DNA from: Emiliania huxleyi CCMP1516
Taxonomy: Eukaryota
Assembly (NCBI RefSeq): GCF_000372725.1
Contig: NW_005201286.1
Location: 1 to 64,000, forward strand
DNA length: 64,000 nt
Direction: 5' to 3'
This document shows positions 59,001-64,000 of the stretch, one piece after another. The position numbers were made by a program, and so were the translations under genes. A model generated the notes under the pieces. The model was given only the letters and a program-made list of their open reading frames with translations, did not search any database and was not told the origin of the DNA. Positions within the stretch are counted from its first letter, which is position 1. The number at the start of each line of letters is the position of its first letter.

Positions 59001-59694
59001 GCGCCAATCCGTACCTGATGGCGGCCGCCATCGGCGCGGCCGGCCTCGACGGCCTGCGAGCGCGGAGTGTGCCGCCGCCGCCGACGGATCGCAAGCCTAG
59101 ACTACCCGAGATTACCCGAGATTACCCGAGATTACCCGAGAGTACCCGAGATTGCCCGAGATTGGCCGAGACTACCCGAGATTACCCGACGGACCACACG
59201 CCTAGAGTTACCCGAGATTGCCCGAGATTACCCGAGATTGCCCGAGATTACCCGAGCCTCCCTGGTGTGCAGGACCGCAACATGTACGACGCCTCCGATC
59301 CGGTCGTCGCCGCCGCCATCAAGGCCGCCGCCCCCCCTTCTCCCCCCCGCCACTCATCACTCACCCACAGCCACAGTTGCATTACACTTCTGCATTTTGC
59401 ATTCACACGTGCATGACATGATTTACTGCGGTGCCCCTCTGTCGCGAGGGCTGCCCGGCCCTTGCCCCACCACCTTGCGCGTGTGGAAGAGTTGACCTTG
59501 CCCCACCTCAGGCCTCCCCGCCGCTGCCGAGCAACCTGGCCGGCGCGCTCGAGGCGCTCGATGCCTCGAGCCCGCTCCGGTCGGGCCTGGGCGACGCTTT
59601 CGTGGACAGCTACCTCAAGTTGCGCCGGGCGCACTGGGCCGAGTACATGGCGCAGCTCACGCCGTGGGAGCTGGAGACGTATCTCGACGCCTAG
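56053..59694 (+). CDS. GlnT/GmaS-type glutamine synthetase family enzyme, 13 exons, mitochondrial-type presequence
   Basis: FVDLFGVQRSKLVPA, GAGFAGFA, KTGVECEFFL, YQADHEDANGQFEINW, ATFMPKPF..LTGSGCHAH, NPTVNSYKR, SGATWSP...GNNRT, ELRLAD..ANPYL. Exons 56053-56460, 56829-56945, 57125-57162, 57305-57387, 57463-57500, 57682-57864, 58150-58251, 58345-58382, 58664-58698, 58870-58915, 58987-59086, 59273-59323, 59512-59694. Confidence 0.9.
58699..58869 (+). mobile_element. Introner-like intron, copy C, with 7-bp duplication gcaccgc
   Basis: Removal restores NNRTALIRVP. Same family as 48220 and 51410. Confidence 0.7.
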
Positions 59695-59929
59695 AGCGAT
59701 CTCGGGTGATCTCGAGTGATCTCGATCTCGGCGTCGCTGGGGGACGACCGCTCACTTAAGTATAAAAGACACGCGCCGGCAGTCCAGACCCCAACGCGTA
59801 CAATTGCTACGGTAGAGGGCGTCAACCGTCATGTACTCTTCTTGGTTTGTTTCAAATAAAAAGACCGCCACATACACTGAAAAAGACGCCCCCCGCCCCC
59901 CCCCCCCCTCTTACCGTATATCATGTATC

Positions 59930-60960
59930 ATGTATCGCGCCTTGCAGGGGGGGGCGCGGAAAAGAGGAACCTCTTAAGCGCCATCGCCATGGTGCTGCAA
60001 CGAATCGTTGGCAACGTGCAAGCAGCGCCGAGCGACGACGACTTACTTACCGCCTCCCGGTTCTCCCCCTCGGCACTGGCGAGGTACTTCCAGCCTGCTG
60101 TGGGAACAGCTGAGGAGACGCAGTCTCGCCGAGGCTCGCCCCAGGTTGACTCGGCCAGACAAAAACCCCGAGACTCGGCACACCTCGCAGTCTCGCCAGC
60201 CTCGGCAACCTTGTTGTGTCTCGCGCCTTGCGGGGGGGGGGAGCGGAAAGGAGGAACCTCTTCCCAAGAGCACCACTCTTGGAGCGCCGCCACTACCACC
60301 CAGAGCGCTGCAAGCAGCGCCGGGCAATGACGGCTTACCGCCCACCCAGCCCCCCCTCGGCACACCCCGGCAGCCAATGTGTGACGGCTCGAACCCGCTA
60401 AGCCATCCCGCAAGCGGGATGGCCCGCCACTCGAACCCGCAAGCGGGCGTACGAACCGCGAGCGGCTCACACTCGTGACACGCAGGCGTCCGCCAGACGG
60501 CGCCGGGGAAGAGGAACTACGGCAAGAACCGCACACCACCCGCTGACGAGCGCTCGCGGAACTGGTCCGCGGCGCCCGCCAGGGGCGTGCGCGAGACAGG
60601 GCTCGGAGCCCTTTTCTGTGAGCAGGGATTCCCTCCCGGCGGGGGTTGTGGCGGAGAGCCGGCATGGGAATCGCCGGCCCCCACCCAGGGGGTGCCCCTG
60701 CCAGGCGCCGCAAGCGGTGCCCGACCGGGGCGGGTGCCCCCACCCCGAGGGGTGGGGGCGGGGGCGGGGCCCAACGTGATTCGGCCTATCGCCTCGGCAA
60801 GGTCCTCGGTGCGATTCTCCACGGTGTCGTCGAGCGAAAGCGCGGTAGCCGCGGAGGTGATGACGTCGACATCGGTGGAATCGGCTGGGTCAACGTCAAT
60901 GTCGATAGCTCTTTCACGCCGGATCCCCTTGTTGTCTCCGATGTGTCGCGCCTGCGCGCT
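59930..60960 (-). mobile_element. Probable retroelement terminal remnant including the 255 bp repeat
   Basis: Copy of 5815-6068 at ~60216-60468, partial direct copy of its left end at ~59932-59975, and a minus-strand ORF ending at 60517. Confidence 0.4.
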
Positions 60961-61132
60961 CGGCGTGTATGAAATCCATATCACCCCCTGCTCCACGATG
61001 GGAGCTTTAGGCGACGAGGGCGGGGCGCTCGCGGTTCGCGAATCCGCTGTGTTATTTTTGACGACTCGAACCCGAAGCTTCCCCGTGCGCGGCCCCGGCC
61101 TCGACCTCCTTTTGCCAGTCCCGTGGGAAGCC

Positions 61133-62059
61133 ATGCTGATCGGCGACTTGCCGCTCGTGCTCCTCGAGCATATTTTGCTGAGCCTCAGCGCCGCGGAGCT
61201 GGCCCGCGTGGTGACGGCGGGTCGTTGCTTCCGCGACGCATTGCCTGGCGTCGTGCAATTCCAAGCGACGCAACTCGGCGTGCTACTCCCTGGAACACGC
61301 GCTTCGCTAACGCGCTGGCTCAAGCGCATCACGGGTGAGGTGGTGCGCGTGCACGCCCTGCTCCTCGAGCTGCGCGAGCTCGCAGTACTGCATGAAGGGC
61401 GTACAATGCACGAAGACGAGCTGCGCCGGATGCATGTCACTGTGATTGACGCCCAGATGCCAGCTCTCTTGCAGCTGGTGAGCTCAGCGCCGGGCGAGGG
61501 TGGCGCTACAAGGGCAGGGCAAATAGTGGTGCTCTCGCTCCTGGGGAAACGGGCGCGTCCACAGCAGCTCACCGCGTTCGTAGCGGCATGCGTTCGATGG
61601 ATCATGGCGGAAAGCACCTTGTACTACAGTATCCACAATTACGTAGACACAGGAGCCGCACAAGCGTCCGTGGCGATCCTGCTCAAAGTCCCCGCCGAGG
61701 CCATCGTCCCCTTCGCGCCGGCCTTGGCGGCGCTCCTCGATCAGGCCGAAGTGGATGCGCCCGCGAAAGCTGGCCGAAGTCTGTTCACCGAGTCGATTAT
61801 GGTCATGCTCTCCAAGCTCCCTCCGAGCGCGCTCGTGCCACACGCCGCCTCCCTGCCGCGCTGGCTCAGCCGGCCACCGCAGGTCTGGGAGGGGCAGGCG
61901 GCCATCCTCCGCCCATGCCTCACCGCGCTCATGAAGCTGCCGCCCGAGATGCTCGTCGAGCACCTGCCCGCGCTTGAGCGGCCGCGCTGGCCGCCGTCAA
62001 AGCTGCTGATCAACAAGGTGCGCCGCGCCACCGGACGACCGCGGGTCTCTTGGGATTGA
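61133..62059 (+). CDS. Intronless F-box protein with helical-repeat C-terminus
   Basis: MLIGDLPLVLLEHILLSLSAAELARVVTAGRCFRDA fits the F-box pattern. Repeated L.KLPP..LV.H..AL. Confidence 0.7.
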   Translation: MLIGDLPLVLLEHILLSLSAAELARVVTAGRCFRDALPGVVQFQATQLGVLLPGTRASLTRWLKRITGEVVRVHALLLELRELAVLHEGRTMHEDELRRMHVTVIDAQMPALLQLVSSAPGEGGATRAGQIVVLSLLGKRARPQQLTAFVAACVRWIMAESTLYYSIHNYVDTGAAQASVAILLKVPAEAIVPFAPALAALLDQAEVDAPAKAGRSLFTESIMVMLSKLPPSALVPHAASLPRWLSRPPQVWEGQAAILRPCLTALMKLPPEMLVEHLPALERPRWPPSKLLINKVRRATGRPRVSWD

Positions 62060-62457
62060 CCAATCACCGCCTGCAAAGGACGCGATGGCAACCCGCCGCA
62101 ACGTACGTGATTTTTCGTCTTCCGGGCGGCGATGAGCGGGGTTGAACACTAAGGAGGCTTCGTCCTTTATGGTCCGACGGTGGTGTGATGCCGTTGTACA
62201 CCACTAGCACGGGGCCAGCGGTGTCCCCATTGAAACTCTGCGCAGACACCCCGTCTGCGTTGAAGTGCAGGCGCGTGCATGGGGCGACCGCTCGGCCCAA
62301 CCGCTCCTTCCATTAGAGGGCGCCGCGCCGATGTTGCCAGATCTCTTACACCGCATGTAGAAGAAGAGGTCGATCTCCTCAGCCAGCCTCGGGGTCCTCG
62401 CCGGCATCAAGCGCCGCGTCCTGCTTGCGGAGTGAGAGCTGCTTGAAGGGCATAATT

Positions 62458-62586
62458 AGAATTTACAACAAAACTCCCTCGCACGACACTGGGGACTGGG
62501 CACGGGACTGGCGCGCACTGGCACTAACACAGGTACACCACGGGAGCCGCCTAAGCGACTCCTGCGAGGGCGGCGAGGCACTTAGC
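62458..62586 (-). repeat. Reverse copy of the 3'-anchored repeat family
   Basis: Reverse complement of 22655-22780. Confidence 0.9.
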
Positions 62587-62713
62587 ACGTATTTAGAATA
62601 ACACGTGGGGTGCGGCGAGGTGCATGCACACTGCGAGCACATGGCGAGGAGAAGATCCAGCCCTCCGGGTCGGGTCGGGTGGGAGAGGCAGAGGGGCTTA
62701 GGGGGGCCCTAGG

Positions 62714-63288
62714 GAGGGCCGGATTTTTTTAACCTTTTAAGAAATGAGGAGATTGGGGGCTTAAATTGCCATTTAAGAAAATGCAGGCACGGGGGGTCAC
62801 TATTTTAAGACCGTGGTTAAGAAAATCCTTAGGGGACCCCTAGGCTTAAAAGGGTGGGCCCTGGGGCGCCTGCGGCTTAAACGGCTTAAAACTTGCCTAG
62901 GCAAGTTTTAAGAGCTGCTGGGCCGCCGATTCCTTAAACGGTCTTAAACGGTCAAACGACTCGGCAGCCTCCCCGCGCCCTTAAACGCGATCACACCATG
63001 AATGGTCTATACTCAAAACTTGCCGACGGGCGGCAAAAGCTCTTCGCTCGGCCCCGAGAGCGCTTCGCTCTCTGCCGCCCGCCCGCCCGCTCGCTCGCCC
63101 GCCCGCCCGCCAGCCTCCCCGCGCTTAAACGCTCTAAATGGCTCAAATGGCTCAGGTTGGGCGCGGTGTGCGATTCTCTTAAATGGTCTCTTAAATGGGA
63201 GCGGCAGCATGGGCCCAATCTCTTAAACGCACCGAGGCGGCTCTGGAGCCGCCAATCTCTTAAAAGGTCTTAAAAAAATCCGGCCCTC
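62714..63288. mobile_element. MITE-like element, ~30 bp terminal inverted repeats, TTAA-rich interior
   Basis: Left gagggccggatttttttaaccttttaaga versus right tcttaaaaggtcttaaaaaaatccggccctc. Many cttaa/ttaag motifs. Confidence 0.8.
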
Positions 63289-63328
63289 AGAACCCTAGGG
63301 GTCCCCTAAGAGAAAATCGGCCTCGCAT

Positions 63329-63563
63329 CTGGCTCCAACGTGGACACGCCCATAGCTGGGGACACTACTAGGTCACGCATGGCATCACAGAAGTTTTATC
63401 TCTGGGCCCCGAAAGGCATCTCTAGCAGTGTCGTTACACATGCCCCCTCCCCTCCTGGGCGCATGCGCCTCACGTCTCGCCAGAGCATAAGCCCTTGGCG
63501 TGTGGCGAGACGAGTTTTTCGCCATCGCAGCGAGCAGCAAGCCGCCCGCCGCAAACAGCCGGA

Positions 63564-63609
<46 letters not shown>
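63329..63609. repeat. 238 bp dispersed repeat (inverted copy of 1789-2026) followed by (CT)n
   Basis: Direct comparison. Confidence 0.9.
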
Positions 63610-63613
<4 letters not shown>

Positions 63614-63694
63614 CATTTGTAGTCCCAGTCCGAGCCAGTCTGCTGTGAGAGGGGCTTGTATAGTAAAATTCCTTTCCCGCTCTCTTTCGGCCCC

Positions 63695-64000
63695 ATGCAC
63701 CCCAAGCACGCTCCCACCAGCACGCTGCTTCTCCCCACCCGCGACGGCCTGCACGAGCTGCACGTGGCCGAGTACGGCGCGCCGGGCGGCACGCCCATCG
63801 TCTACCTCCACGGCGGCCCGGGTGGCGGCACTCCTCCCGACGTGCCGCGGCTGTTCGACCCGGCCGTCTTCCGGCTCGTCACCTTTGACCAGCGCGGGTG
63901 CGGCCGCTCGCGGTGCGCCGACCGGCTGCTCGCCAACACCACGGCCCTGCTCATCGACGACGTCGAGGCCGTCCGCTGCCGCCTCGGGATCGAGCGCTGG
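63695..64000 (+). CDS. pip: Proline iminopeptidase (alpha/beta hydrolase S33), 5' part; runs off the window
   Basis: LHELHVAEYGAPGGTPIVYLHGGPGGG...FDPAVFRLVTFDQRGCGRS...NTTALLIDDVEAVRCRLGIERW. Absent from the ORF track because it is incomplete. Confidence 0.9.
   Translation, partial: MHPKHAPTSTLLLPTRDGLHELHVAEYGAPGGTPIVYLHGGPGGGTPPDVPRLFDPAVFRLVTFDQRGCGRSRCADRLLANTTALLIDDVEAVRCRLGIERW

Noticed and set aside
28390..59694. PhyH dioxygenase and GlnT/GmaS as a metabolic gene cluster
   Set aside because: 24 kb apart with unrelated genes between. Shared presequence type alone is not evidence.
60587..61132. N-terminal extension of the F-box ORF
   Set aside because: Non-ATG start within repeat-derived DNA. 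The F-box begins at ATG 61133.
1..64000. tRNA, rRNA, Fanzor/TnpB, intact transposase or reverse transcriptase genes
   Set aside because: None recognised by eye. Covariance-model and HMM searches would be needed to exclude them.

Overview
This is GC-rich eukaryotic genomic DNA with two 100-N assembly gaps. Mostly GC-AG introns, intronic 10-11 bp minisatellites and plastid/mitochondrial-type presequences point to a haptophyte alga, most like Emiliania/Gephyrocapsa huxleyi (inference). Intron-containing genes encode an Enhancer-of-Polycomb-like protein, a thylakoid-lumen-type protein, an RMND5/GID2 CTLH subunit, a PhyH-family dioxygenase, a 13-exon GlnT/GmaS-type glutamine-synthetase-family enzyme and an LRR+ShK-like membrane protein. 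They alternate with intronless or decaying repeat-protein genes (ankyrin, kelch, armadillo, EF-hand, F-box, RCC1), an MLKL-like-domain kinase in frame with a RING/TRAF-Zn multipass membrane gene, a proline iminopeptidase start, and several dispersed repeat families. The strongest signal is intron architecture. More than ten introns consist of a 14-40 bp direct duplication of the exon junction, usually bracketing a 10-11-mer array. A separate ~170-250 bp sequence family makes up three introns in the sense orientation (Introner-like). Two introns appear to need GA donors. All gene models were read by eye and no searches were run.
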